NCBI RefSeq assembly: GCF_035084215.1
Contig: NW_027139442.1
Location: forward strand, 6,572,001 to 6,636,000
Direction of reading: 5' to 3'
DNA length: 64,000 bases
Source: Heptranchias perlo
Lineage: Eukaryota
The notes under the pieces are model-generated. The model was not told the DNA's origin. It did no database searches and saw nothing but the letters and a program-made list of their open reading frames with translations. The position numbers and the translations under genes were made by a program. Position 1 is the first letter of the stretch. Each line of letters opens with the position of its first letter. Below are positions 28,431 through 43,083 of this stretch, one piece after another.

Positions 28431-29279
28431 TCGCCAGCGTTACCGTCTGACAACGACACTCGCTCTCAATCTGTGAAAAGATAATGACCATGAACTGGGA
28501 CTGAAGCCGAACACATCCCCGGCCCGGACATCTCCTTCTCCCTGTTTTATATCAGATAGTATCCCACCTTCATGTCCAGCACTGGAGAGAGAGAAACAGT
28601 ATCAGTCTTAGACTCCTATCAGTGTCCAAATCACGCACAATAGCAATAACCACCTTCATATTCAGCACCAGCGAGAGAGAGGGAGGTAGACACGGTGAGA
28701 GAGACAGAGAGCGGTGAGACACAGTGACAGACAGACGGAAACAGTATTAGTTCCAGACTGACCGTTTTATGCAGAAAGATCGCGTTGGAGAGACAGAAGA
28801 TGCAATCTAATCTCTCACTGATATTATACAAGGGACAGACACACTATTAATCCCACACTCAGGGACAGTGCAGAGTGACAAAAACAATGGGCCACATTGA
28901 ACCCTCTTTTGCCTGTTGTACCATCTGAAGTTTTGCAGCTCAAGGCTGTTCGATATTACTCTCAGTGACCGAGAATTTCACTCCGGTTAAATTAATCTGG
29001 GATTGTTGCTGTCAGATATTAATCCAACACGGTCCCAGCAAATACACCAACTCCCACTTTCCTCCCATGTTTCTCCAGGATTGGTTTGAGAAATCCTCCC
29101 TCCAGTTTCGGAGTCACACGTTTATTTATCAGTGGAGGGGCCAAAATTGAACTGGATCCTTTGGCTCATTCCACAGCCGCCCACTTTATCTATGAAAGGC
29201 TCTTTACCATCAAAATATATTGACAGGAACAGCAGGGATGGAAACATCTCGTTTAATAGTTAGAGATTGTAAAGTCAGT

Positions 29280-30000
29280 CTGGATTCCAGCGTTATGCAC
29301 TGGTGGAATCCCATCTGTTTCCCATTCTGGTGCCTGTTCCTGCACTGCCTGTGGACCCCATTCCCTCTGACCTTTCCCCCAGCCCCACTTCCTTTGCTCA
29401 GACTCTGAAAAATTCCAATTGGGGAAAGTTTCCATCGATTTTTGTATTGGGAATTATACCAGATATCTGCGCATGCGTGATTCAGCCCAGCCCCCAGCGC
29501 TGGTTGTTGGTGAGCAGAAGAGCGCATGCGCGATCCCCTCCCCCTGCTCGGCCGATTGGGGCCATTCCCTCAGTGAGCGGAAGAAGATGGTTTAAAACAG
29601 CGGGAATGGAGAGATCACGGCCCCCGGAGGAAGGGAGCAAAGAGCAGCCTCGTTACAGCAGCTCATCGCATCGGGACCGTGTCCGCAGATGGGCTCAGAG
29701 ATCGGCATTGAGTCCGGAGGAAAGTCAGGGGGAGTCCGGGGGCTGTTTTGTAAGAGGCGGAGTGGATCAGGAACTGGTCCCGGAACATGGAGTGAGCGGT
29801 GGAAGGGAGAGGTCATTCTCGGGCTGTGTGTGTACAGCGTGTGTCCAGGGGAAGGTAGACAGAATGGTACGAACCTACTATTTAAAATCATTGATGCTTT
29901 CTCTCCCCAAACCAGCAGTGAATGTTCCTGGTTAAGTTCCAGCCTCACGCTGTTTGTTGTTATTGGACAGTGAAGAGTGGAAACAGAGCCGGACAGTAAG
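29280..30000 (+). promoter_or_regulatory. CpG-island promoter, module copy 2
   Basis: Inverted homolog of 10150-10860. Confidence 0.65.
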
Positions 30001-30949
30001 GATGTGGGGAGTTATACAAAGAGCATATTATTGCAGGCCTCAGTTGAGAAGTGTGAAGGACACATTTTAAACAACGGCTGTTTGGTTTCAGTTGAAAGGT
30101 TAGTCCCCTGGGTGAGGAGATTGGTAACCTGACCCGCACATCACGTAGTCCCATTCATGGATCAGTGCAGGGGTTGGGTTGTGTCTGGATTTCTCTAAAT
30201 TGTTATAAAGCAGCCCAACACACCTGGTGCGCAGAAGCTGAGTGCTGCAGTACTGCAGTGGAGTCAGATACTGATACTGTTTGTATCGCTGGTTTTCATT
30301 TTTGGATATTCAAAATAATTATTAACAGATATTAAACTGATCAGTTTTGTATTTTCCACCTCACCTGTTCTTGAGTTACAACAGATACGTTTCTTTTTAC
30401 AGGCAAACCCTTGAAGGAGCCAGAACAAATGTGAAATTTCGTCCACCCGAGGCAAAGGAACAGTGCTGCCAACTCCTTATCACACACAGTATGTATATTA
30501 TCACTCACAGAGAACGGAGACACAGACAGCTCATCAGTTCCACAGTCTCAGACAGCAGAAGTAGTCAGTCCCACACTGATCCCAAAGTTCCAGAGACACA
30601 TTTTCAATCCAACAGTCAAACAGAGGAGGTGAGGCAGACACTGTTCCATTTCTCCCGAACTCAGTCCCGCTAACAGGTAGATACAAAAATCCCAGTCCAA
30701 AGTCTCGCTTTCAGATTGTCAATTTCACAAAAGGGCAACATTAGCCATGAATTAAATACCAGATACCCCGAGATTCCAATTGAATACTGGTTCAGAACTC
30801 TCACACACACGTGAGTTTAATGCATGCAGCATCCATTCGAATAGTGTACCATTCGAATACAAATTGCCAGTCCAAAACTCATGTACAGTATCAGATTGAG
30901 AAATGCGGTGACAGTGTAACCTGAGAAACAAATTAGATACCAGTTTATA

Positions 30950-32785
30950 ATATACTCATAGTATGAGATTTAAAGATACAGTATCAATTCTATTAGCACA
31001 GACTGAGATACACATTACATACCGGTCCAAAAATGTTATAAAATAAAATTTAATAATGCAGTATCAATTCCTTTAGTGCAGACTGATCTACACATTATAT
31101 AGCAATTCAAAAATGTCACCATGTCAGTTTGAAAGATATATTATCATTCACAATATTACTCACAGAGATACAGATTTAATAGTAGTCCAAAAGCACACAA
31201 ATTATCTGATTAAAACCTCCAGCATCAAATCCTGAAGTTTATCCAAATTTACCAATTAAATAATGAGAAAAAATATTTAAACATTATGATATTAAAGTAC
31301 AGAATTGAATACCATAATGTAATCGGAGAAAATAATTAGATACAGATACAGAATGAATCTCACACTCAGATACAGTACAGAGACGCACAGATACAGAATG
31401 AATCCCACATTCACACACAGTACCAGAGATGACAGATACAGAATGAATCTCACTCACACACAGTACCACAAACTGACAGATACAGAATGAATGTCACAGT
31501 CACATTACTGCAGACTGAGTTACACATTGCATACCAGTCCAAAGATCTCAAAGTGTCAGATTGAAAGATACTGTATTAATTCCATTAGTGCAGACTGAGC
31601 TACATATTAGATATATTGGTAAATACTCATAGAGTATTATACTGAAATAAACATTATCAAAACCTTTGGTACAGACTGAGCTACACAATACATACTAGTC
31701 CAAAAACCTCATAAATGATCAGACTGGAAGATACAGCTTCAATATTATTAGCACTGCCTGACCTGTAGATTACATCCCAGACTGAAAATCCCATAAAATA
31801 TTAGACTGAAAGAGAGATTATCGATTCCGTGAGTGCAGACTGAGCCACACATTATATAGCAGTCCAAGAATCTCATAATGTATCAGACTCAAAGATACAA
31901 CATCAAATTCATTAGCACAGACTGAACTATATGTTACTCACCAGTCCAAAAATCTCATAGAGTATCAGATTGAATGATTCAATATCACTTCCATTATTGA
32001 AGACTGAGCTGCACATCAAATTCCAGTCCAAAAATCTCATACAATATCAGACTGATAGATACAGTATCAATTCCTTTAGTGCAGGATGAGCAACATATTA
32101 CATACCAGTCCAAAAATCTCATACAGTGTTAGACTCAGATACAGACTTAATCCCATTATTGCAGACTGATCTACACATTACATACCAGTCCATTAATTTC
32201 AACATAAACAGACTGAAAAGTACATTATCATTCACAATAAAGTTCAGAGATTAAGATGTAACACAACTCCAAAACTCACACCCGTTGTTTGATTAAAGAA
32301 AATCGAAAAGTGTATCCATATTAACAAATTAAATACTCGAAGAACTGTATATACTTTAAAGTATTAAAAATACATTTTCAAATTCCGATACTGTAATCTG
32401 AAATAAGAATAAAGAATGAATACAGACTTGCACATTTTCTCAGAGACCGAATTACAGAATGAATCCCACACTGAGATAAAATAGCAGAAAATGGCAGATA
32501 CATAATGTATCCAACACTCACAGATAGTACCAGAGACTGACAGGTGCTCGAGAAAGACAGACACAGAATTAATCCATCACTTATATACAGTACCTTCGAC
32601 TGACAGATGCAGAATATACCCTACGCTCACACTTAGTAGTGGAGACTGATAGATACAGAATGAATCCCAAACTCACGCACAGTACCAGAGTCAGACATGT
32701 AGAGAATAAACCCCACTCTCATGCACAGTCCCAGAGACAGGCAGATAGAGAATAAACCCCACTCCCGTACACAGTACCTGAGACT
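30950..32785. repeat. Compound 82-bp/46-bp satellite
   Basis: GACTGAGCTACACATTACATACCAGTCCAAAAATCTCA... and CAGAGACTGACAGATACAGAATGAATCCCACACTCA units. Confidence 0.88.
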
Positions 32786-34479
32786 GACCTCTACTGGACG
32801 TAAGCGAGAACTGTAAAAGAGGGGGACAAATTCACATCATTTGTCATGGTTACAGAAACAGGACAAAGCAATGTGAGGAAAGTCTCCGTCTGCAACTATT
32901 ACTCTCGTATTTTTGCATATTATGACAGTGAAAAATGAAGACAATTGATTCATAATAAGGTATTGTTTTACTCATTCGATAGTTGTGAATTTGCCCCATT
33001 ATATTTCAATGTACATTGCACAGTATTTCTCTCTGATTTCTCAGGACACGATTTACATTGCTCCTCCACCCCGTTTAGACTCTTCTTTTCCAAGCAGTAT
33101 ATGGCGTCCTTATTCCCCCAAGTGAAACGCACCACCTCACAACTTTCTATATTGAAATTCAATGGCCATTTACACGGCCGTTCTGTAAGTTTATTTTGTC
33201 ACAGTCTTCCTCAGTATCGACAATAACCCCTAAATTAATGAGAAGAATTTAACACAGCATTACAAATAGTGTTTGGTCTAACAAAATGTACTTGCAGCAC
33301 GTCTCAATTACTAGTCTTTCTAAATCTCACTCGTGCAATACAATGTGAAGAATGAGTTTATCTTCTGTCCCTCTCTCATCTGCAAACTTCAATGTCGCGG
33401 GGCTTGGGGACATCTACTGGAAAGAAGCAGAACCGCAACATTTCGGTCCAAATTGTTGAAACCGGATAATGTGCAGTGTGAGCGTGTTTGCAATTGGTGG
33501 CAGCAATAAAATCTGATTTTTCATACCTGCCCATTAAATTTTAGTGTTTGTTATTGAACAGTGAACAGAACCAGACAGTAAGGATATGGGGAGTTATAAA
33601 AAGAGCATCTATTGCAGGCATCAGGTGAGAAGTTTGAAGGATACATTTTAAATAGTGGCTGTGTTGTTTCGGTTTAATGGTTAGTCCCATGGGAGAGGGG
33701 ATTAGAAACATGACCTGTACAAAGGTCCCCGCCCCATCGGGTAGTCCCATTCATGGATCAGTGCAGGGGTTGGGTTGTGTCTGGATGTCATTAAATTGTT
33801 GTAAAACAGCCCAACACACCTGGTGTGCAGAAGCTGAGTGATGCAGTACTGTCGTGGCGTCAGACACTGACACTGTTTGTATCGCTGGTTTCCATTTGTG
33901 GATGTTACCGTGATTATTAACAGAGAGATTCAATTGATCACTTTTGTATTTTCTACTTCACCTGTTGTTAATTTACAAGCGATATTTTTCTTCCTACAGG
34001 CAAATCCCTGAAGGACCCAGAATCAGGATGATGTTTACTCCACCCGAGGCACAAGGAGCAGTGAAGCCAGCTCCTTCTCACACACAGTAGGTACATTATC
34101 ACTCACAAAGCACAGAGACACAGACAGGTCACCAGTCCCACAGTCTCAGACAGCAGAAATAGTCAGTCCCACACTGATCCCAATCCAACAGTCAAACAGA
34201 GCAGGAGAGACAGACGGAATTTCCATTTCACAACAACTCAGAACCGCTGACCGGCAGATAAATAATTCCCAGTCCAAAATCACACCCACTATCAGATTGA
34301 AAGGCACTGTGTCAATCTCACATTAGTTCAGCCTTAGCTACAAATTAAATCCCAGATGGACCTGACACATGGGACCGATTGATAGGTACAGAATGAATCA
34401 CAATAGTGTACCCCGAGATTCAAATTAAATACCAGCCCACAACTCACACACATTATGAGTTTAAAGATGCAGTATTCAT

Positions 34480-36300
34480 GACCACATTGTACACTGAGAT
34501 ACACATTAGCTACCAGTTCAGATGTTACCCAAATTTGACTCACATATTTGTCCAAAAACCTCATAGTGTCAGAATGAAATGTCAATTTCAATTCCTTTAC
34601 TGCAGACTGAGGTGCACATTAGATACCAGTCCAAAATTCTCATACAGTATGAGACTGAAAGATACAGTATCAATCCCATTAGTGCAGACTGAGCTACACG
34701 TCACATACCAGTCCAAAAATCTCAGTGTCAGGTTGAAAAATACAGAATCAATTCCATCAGTGCAGATTGAGCTATACATTATATACCAGTCCAAAATTCA
34801 CATAGAGTCTCGTACTCGAAGATACAGTATCAATCCCATTAGTGCAGGCTGAGGTACACATTAGTTACCTGTCCAAAAATCTCATTGTGTCAAACTGAAA
34901 GGCACAGTATCAATTCCTTTACTGCAGACAGAGGTTTACATTAGATACTTGTCTAAAAATCACGTACAGTATCATACTGAGGTATAAACTATCGATTTGA
35001 TTAGTACAGACTGATCTACAAGCAATATACCAGTACAAAAATCTCACACGGTATCAGACTGCAAGATACAGTATCAATCCCATTAGTGCAGACTGAGGTT
35101 CACATTAGATACCAGTCCAAAAGTCACATTCAGTGTCAAACTGAAAGATACAGTAACAATTCCATTATTGAAGAGTGAACGACACCTTACAAACCAGCCT
35201 AAATATATTACACAGTATCAGCCTGGAAGGTACAGTATGAATTCCATTAGTGCAGACTGAACTACACATTATATACCGTCCAAAAATCTCATACATTATC
35301 ATACTAAAACATACAGTATGAATCCTATTAGTGTAGACAAAGCTACACATTACAAACCAGTCCAAAAATCTCTTGAAGTGTCTGACTGAAAGTTAGAGAG
35401 TCAATTCCATCAGTACAGACAGAACCACAGATTACATACCAGTCTAAAAATCTCATACAGTGTCAGACTGAAAGATACAATATCAATTCCATTCGCCCAG
35501 ACTGAGCTACACAATAAATGGCAGTCCAATAATTTCACAGTATAAGATTGAAATGTACATTATCTTCAGAGATGAAGATGTAATCCTACAACAAAACTCA
35601 AACACGTTGTTAGATTGAAACAAAATCCAAAAGTGTATCCATATTTACAAATTAATGCCACACAAAAGATTTGTTTACGTTAATGAATTAAAGAAACAGT
35701 TTCAAGCACCATACTGTAACATGAAATAAGACTACAGAACGAATCCAGACTTGCAATTTGCCCAGAGACTGAGTTACAGAATGAATCCCCAACTGAGATA
35801 AAATACCAGAGACTGACAGTCACAGATTGAATCCCACACTCACAGATAGAACCAGAGATTGACAGATACAGAATGAATCTCACACTCACATACAGTACCA
35901 GAGTCTAACAGATACAGATTGAATCCCACACTCACACACAGTACCAGAGACTGACAGATACAGAATGTATCTCAAATTCACAGACAGTATCAGAGACTGA
36001 CAGATACAGAATGAATCCCACACTCACACACAGTACCAGAGAGTGACAGATACAGAATGAATCTCACACTCACATACAGTACCAGAGAATGACAGATACA
36101 GAATGATTCTCACACTCACATACAGTACCAGAGTCTGACAGATACAGAATTAATCCCACACTCACAGATAGCACCAGAGACTGACAGATACAGAATGAAT
36201 CCCGCACTCACAGACTGTACTGGAGACTGACCGATAAAGAATGAATATCACACTCAAATGCTGACTGACAGACAGAATTAATCCCACACTCTCATACAGT
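34480..36300. repeat. 82-bp satellite (34480-35530) then 46-bp satellite (35740-36300)
   Basis: Same monomers as the other blocks. Confidence 0.9.
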
Positions 36301-36679
36301 CTGACATCTACTGGCCATAAGTGAGAACTGTAACAGAGTGGAACAAATTCACATTATCTTCGTTGTTACAGATTCAGGACAATGCGCAATGTGAGGAAAT
36401 AGTTTCTCTCTGTAACTTCTACTCTCGTATTTTTTCATATTTTGTCAGTGAAAAATTAGACAATTGATTCATAATAAAGTTTTTGTTTTGATCGTTTGAA
36501 AGTTGCCCCAGTATATTTCAGTATACATTGCTCAATATTTCTGTCTGATTTCTCAGGACACGATTTATATTAATTCAAATAAACCGAACTGAAACACAAA
36601 TAAAAACCGAGCGCAAATCTGGAAGTTTCAATGGCGACCGTCAAAAGTGAAAGGGATAAAATATAGAAAAAAATGAAAA

Positions 36680-36775
36680 CCGAAAATGCTGGAAAGACTC
36701 AGCAGGTCCGGCAGCATCTGTGGAGAAGGGAAGCTCGGGTTAACGGTTCAGGTCAATGACCCTTCTATAGATCAG
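36680..36775 (-). mobile_element. Relic Penelope-type terminus with a decayed hammerhead-like core (second copy at ~54155-54250)
   Basis: Minus strand reads CTATAGAAGGGTCATTGACCTGAACCGTTAAC...CCACAGATGCTGCCGGACCTGCTGAG. Confidence 0.45.
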
Positions 36776-37049
36776 AAAGGTTAATCCGACATAATTTAAA
36801 TAAGGAACGGGAATCGGCAGAGGGAAAAACTTCAGAAAATCAATTAATTTCACTAATCCTGGCAATTGTGTCCTGTGTCCACCGTACAGATCAGGGCAAA
36901 TAACAATACAAAGGAACAGAGTTAAATTCATCGTTATGAGGGAAGAAATACATTTTAGAAGTATTTTTTAATATAAATTAGACCCGTTTGGAAACATTAT
37001 CGCTCTGAACATCATCAAATTCGGTTCCAGTCTTGGTGTTTCTGAATTC

Positions 37050-37118
37050 AGCGTGCTGGGATTCAAACCTGTTGGAATTAACTGTTTGGAAGGCAGCTAT
37101 ACTCACCATTATAGCCCC
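37050..37118 (-). pseudogene. tRNA-Gly(TCC) pseudogene
   Basis: TATAATGGTGAGTATAGCTGCCTTCCAAACAGTT is retained; T arm and acceptor stem are decayed. Confidence 0.8.
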
Positions 37119-37329
37119 TTATTTCACGAGGAGAGAGAAGTCGAGTGTTTCTGTGGAGTTTCACACTGAATTGCGCCCTTTGGGTTTCTGGCACTTTAAT
37201 CACAGACAATAAATCGTTCCCAAACATCAGCCCCTGATCAGACACAACAAGCTGGTGGAATTTCTCATTTATAGATATTAAATAAGAGGACGACAAAAGC
37301 GAATAGGAAGAGGTTAGGAAGAAGTCACA

Positions 37330-38250
37330 AAAACAATTACGGAAGAAAACAGGAACCACGAAATCAAATTATCAAGGAATGTAAAAAGTAAAAGTAAATT
37401 ATTCCACAGACACAAAAATAACAAAAGGAAAATCAGAATATCTTGAGAGCCACTAAGGGATTCACAAGATAAACTCACAGGTAACGTCAGCGAAATGCCA
37501 CAAATATTGAATTATTACTTTACCTTAGTATTTACCCGGGAGATTAACAGGGTGAACATGATATTAAAGGAAGAGGTCAATAAGGATATCAAGGCATTTA
37601 AGTTAGAAAGGGTGGTAGAACTCCCGGTCCAGATGGATTGCATCCGCACATATTAAATGAAACAAGGGAAGAACAGCAGAGGCACTGTTACATATATAGG
37701 AAAAATCATTACCGAAAGGAATAGTGCCAGAGGACTGGATGACAGTTAATGTGATTCTTATATTTTGAAACAGGAGATAGAACAAATCCAGGGAACTAAA
37801 GACCAGTTAACTAAAGGTCGGTGGTAGGAATGATCATGGAATCTTTTACTCCATGATGCAATAGAAAAACATTTAGAAACCAAAAATATAATAAAGAATA
37901 GTCAGCACGGATTTCAGAAAGGGAAGGTTTAATAGTTTGGCAGAAGGTTTGACAGTTTAAATTTCAGTTCAACATAACTTATCTGCTTTTCAATTCTATT
38001 CCTCTAGAATGTTCTGTGTTTGCTTTTTATGGTCTTATCAACCTGTGTTGCTACTTTTAATGATTTGTCAATCTGTACTCCAAAATCCCTTTGCTCTTCC
38101 ACCCCATTTAGACTTTTATTTTCCAAGCAGGATGTGGCCTCCTTATTCCCCCGAGCGAAATGCACCACCTCACACCTTTCAATATGGAAATTCAATGCCC
38201 ATTTACAAGCCTTTCAGCAAGCTTATTAAACTCTTTTTTTATGTTGTTGT
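37330..38250. mobile_element. Degenerate CR1 fragments (+ at 37330-37930, - at 37980-38250); duplicated at 54790-55740
   Basis: GPDGLHP and SQHGFQKG motifs; CEVVHF...LNGVEEQRDFGV on minus. Confidence 0.75.
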
Positions 38251-38726
38251 ATTTTTCCTCAGTATAAGCTATACCCACTAAATTAATTACAAACATTGAA
38301 TACAGCATTTCAACTAATGCTTTGTCCAATAAAATGTTCACCATTCACAGTTTTTCCGAATCCCACCCGTGCAATATAATGTGAAGAATGAGTTTATCTT
38401 CTGTCCCTCTCTCATCTGCAAACTTCAATGACCCGGGGTTTGTGGACATCTACTGGCCGGAAGCAGAATTGCAACAGTTCGGAACAAATTTCTGAAACCG
38501 GACAATGTGCAGTCTGAGCGTGTTTGTGATAGGTGGCACGTATTAAATCTGATTGGTTTCTTCAGATGTCCAATCAAATTGATAAAGGAAAAATATTGTG
38601 ACATTAGTCCCAATCACAATCATTGCCTTCCCTCATCCCTCATTAGAATAGGGCGGTGGGGCTGCCTATTTAATCCGAGCTCGGAGCGGATTTGGGTCAT
38701 TTCTGAGTCGGAAATTGATTTTGAAA

Positions 38727-39101
38727 ATGCCTGAAGACAAGAAAGCAGCTCCCAAGAAGGGCGCCAAGAAAACCTTGAGTAAAGCACCAGCCAAGGGCGG
38801 CAAGAAGCGGAGAAAGTCGAGGAAGGAGAGTTACTCCATCTACGTCTACAAAGTGATGAAGCAGGTTCACCCCGACACCGGCATCTCCTCCAAGGCCATG
38901 AGCATCATGAACTCCTTTGTGAACGATATTTTCGAGCGCATCGCGGGTGAGGCTTCCCGCCTGGCCCATTATAATAAACGCCGCACCATCAGCTCTCGGG
39001 AGATCCAGACCGCCGTCCGCCTGCTGCTGCCCGGGGAACTGGCCAAGCACGCCGTGTCGGAAGGGACAAAGGCGGTGACCAAATACACCAGCTCCAAGTA
39101 A
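38727..39101 (+). CDS. H2B: Histone H2B, intact
   Basis: Same protein as copy 1 except NKRRT versus NKRAT. Stem-loop GGCTCTTTTAAGAGCC at 39135-39150. Confidence 0.98.
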   Translation: MPEDKKAAPKKGAKKTLSKAPAKGGKKRRKSRKESYSIYVYKVMKQVHPDTGISSKAMSIMNSFVNDIFERIAGEASRLAHYNKRRTISSREIQTAVRLLLPGELAKHAVSEGTKAVTKYTSSK

Positions 39102-39828
39102 AACTCCACAATGTACTGAAAAAAAAAACACAAAGGCTCTTTTAAGAGCCACCCACAGTCTCTCTGAAGACGCTGTACCGATACCTCTGGATGGAATCAT
39201 TTTACGGTAGATAAGATAGTTTGACACTAACTGTCTCTCTATAACTTGTCCTTTTGTGATTTCTCTTGATATCGGGAAGATTCTCACAATAACTGCTGGG
39301 TATAATCTGTGTGTCGATGTTCAATTTACAGCCAATAAACAAAAACGTGTCCCTGAACCTCTCATTTCAGTTCTTTTTCCGCCCCTTCCCCCGCGTCTGA
39401 CCCTTCAGAGCCGTTTTAAGGCGGTGGATTCGAGTTCGGTCATTTCTTTCTCCTTCTCACGTTTGTTTGTTAATTATTCGGGACAAAATGAGGCTTTATT
39501 CCCGCCCGATTGAAAGCGAACGGAGAATGAAGCGGGTTGAAACAGATTCTGGAAGTTGTGACGAGAAATGTGGAATAACAGAGTAAAAGATGAGATGTTT
39601 AAATATTTGTTTTTACGCGACATTATTTACTAAATCCGCTTCTTGTGTTACAAATATATTGGCGGGCTTTTCACATTTCAAAAAAACGGTTCTGGTCTGT
39701 ATTTTCCGCCCTTTTCTCATTGACGGCTATTGATTGGTGAATAAAACAGCCCTCTGATTGGTTTAAGGAACAGCTCAATGAGGTTGAGAACACATGGACC
39801 AATCACTGCAGTCCTCCAGAAAGTATAA

Positions 39829-40277
<449 letters not shown>

Positions 40278-40924
40278 AGCGGACACGATTTGATCTGATA
40301 AACCCAAAGCTCTTTTCAGAGCCACCCACTGTATCTGTGAAAGGGCTGGTTACTGTCGAAGCGAGTCATGAATCAATTTAATAGGGACTTGATTCCGATC
40401 CGAGAAACTAACAATAATTTGTTCAATCCAGATGATCCAGATCGGTCTGTTGCAGTACTCGCTTCCGGACAGCAGATGTCGCCAATCTCCCATAGATTGA
40501 TCATTGCAGATTGTATGGTGAATGAGACAAAAAATAACAAAATCGTCAGAATTGTCAATTGGGCGGGTGGGATACAGAAATACCAGGGACGCACATGATT
40601 ATTTTCTGTCTCATTCTCGGACAACACTGGCTCAGTCTGAGTTATTTTGCCCAGATTTGAACAGATGCTGACTGATATGCTGATTATTGTGTCAGCGATT
40701 GCTGAATTGAGAATGTGAGTGAAATTTCTTTTTGGATGTGAGTGAGGGAATTATTCTGTACCTGTCCGTCCCACATCTGCTCCCTCCCTTTTATGCATTT
40801 CCCATTCAAACAAGTTTCTCACGGCCATGCGATTTCAACCCAGGCGATCACAGCTCTTTCCATCGCCGATTTGGTGGCTCTGAAAAGAGCCTTTGTTGCA
40901 CTTGGTGCTGAAGCCGGGTCGGGT

Positions 40925-41476
<552 letters not shown>

Positions 41477-42162
41477 TCAGGGATGGACCGCCCCGGGACT
41501 GTGATTGGCAGATTTGAACCAATTGGCTGAGCTGAAATTAAACATGAATTTCAAAAAGCCCGCCAATTTCAGGTCATCAAATAACAGTTTCAAGAAAATC
41601 TCATTTCCCTCAAGCAATTTCAGAATCCCTCTCTTTATAATCTCCTCAGCTCAAATCTCAAGCTGTTTCACATTCCGGTTCATTCTCTGATCTGCCTGTA
41701 AACAAGCGGGAATTAAGCCCCGGTCGTTGTTTTCCTGAACCGGACAAAGTCCAGCTTCAATTTCAAAAATCCCGCTAGTTCCAGCCCGGTGAACCGCTCC
41801 CCAAACAGAAACTTCACATCGACCTGATAATTGAATGAAACACCGAGCAGAGAGGACACAGCGGGAGAGGTTGTGAGGCGGGATTTTACTCTGAACGGAG
41901 AATGTAATGTCTGCGGAAAGACTCTGTATCACCACCTGTTCATTTATACCGTGAAACCGGGAATTCCGCTTTCTCTCAGGATGGCTGATCTCCCTTTACT
42001 GAATGTTGGGGAATCTCCCCATCGTAATTAAATATCGGAAACTGCTTCCCCACTCCTAAATCTTTCCTCTCCCCGTTCCTAGGTCAGTGCTCTCTCTGTG
42101 AGGCGGTGGGTGGCTCTTAGAAGAGCCTTTGTTTTGTGTCCGGTTAGAAAGGGTCGACTCGT

Positions 42163-42483
<321 letters not shown>

Positions 42484-42934
42484 TCACTCAGATCGCTGCT
42501 GACTGAACAGCGAACTTATGCTGGTTCCCTTTTTATGCAGCCTGTCCCGACCTGACTGAAACATTCACAGGATGATAGAGGGAGGGGAGAAGACAAAGTG
42601 AGACATTAAACAGAGAGGGGAGGAGACAGAGTGAGATATTAAACAGAGAGGGGAGGAGAGAGTCAGAGTAACGGAGAGAGCAGAGAGCGGCCGCTGATCT
42701 TCCAGCTCCACCTCCAGCTTTCTCCACCCGCCAATTTCAAACCGTTTATCGATAACTGAACCGAAACACAGCGCTCCGCACAAACCCTTATCGACTCGGG
42801 CTTCATATTCAGACTAGCCCCTTCCTATATCGAACACCGGAATGTTTGCTGTCGAAAAACTTTCACCGGAATTGAAAGCACCAGTTTCGATTTAAACCCG
42901 TTTCATTGCTGCACTGATCGCGCTCTCTCACCCG

Positions 42935-43083
42935 ATCATAGAAGAATCATAGAATCATAGAAGTTACAACATGGAAACAGGCCCTTCGGCCCAACATGTC
43001 CATGTCGCCCAGTTTATACCACTAAGCTAGTCCCAATTGCCTGCAATAGAATCATAGAAGTGCAATAGAATCATAGAAGAATA
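42935..43083 (-). mobile_element. Short CR1-type 3' end with ATAGAATC repeats
   Basis: ATAGAATCATAGAAGTTACAACATGGAAACAGGCCCTTCGGCCC. Confidence 0.6.

Noticed and set aside
29303-29935. 210-aa ORF across the repeated promoter
   Set aside because: Broken by stops or frameshifts in the other two copies; typical of a CpG island.
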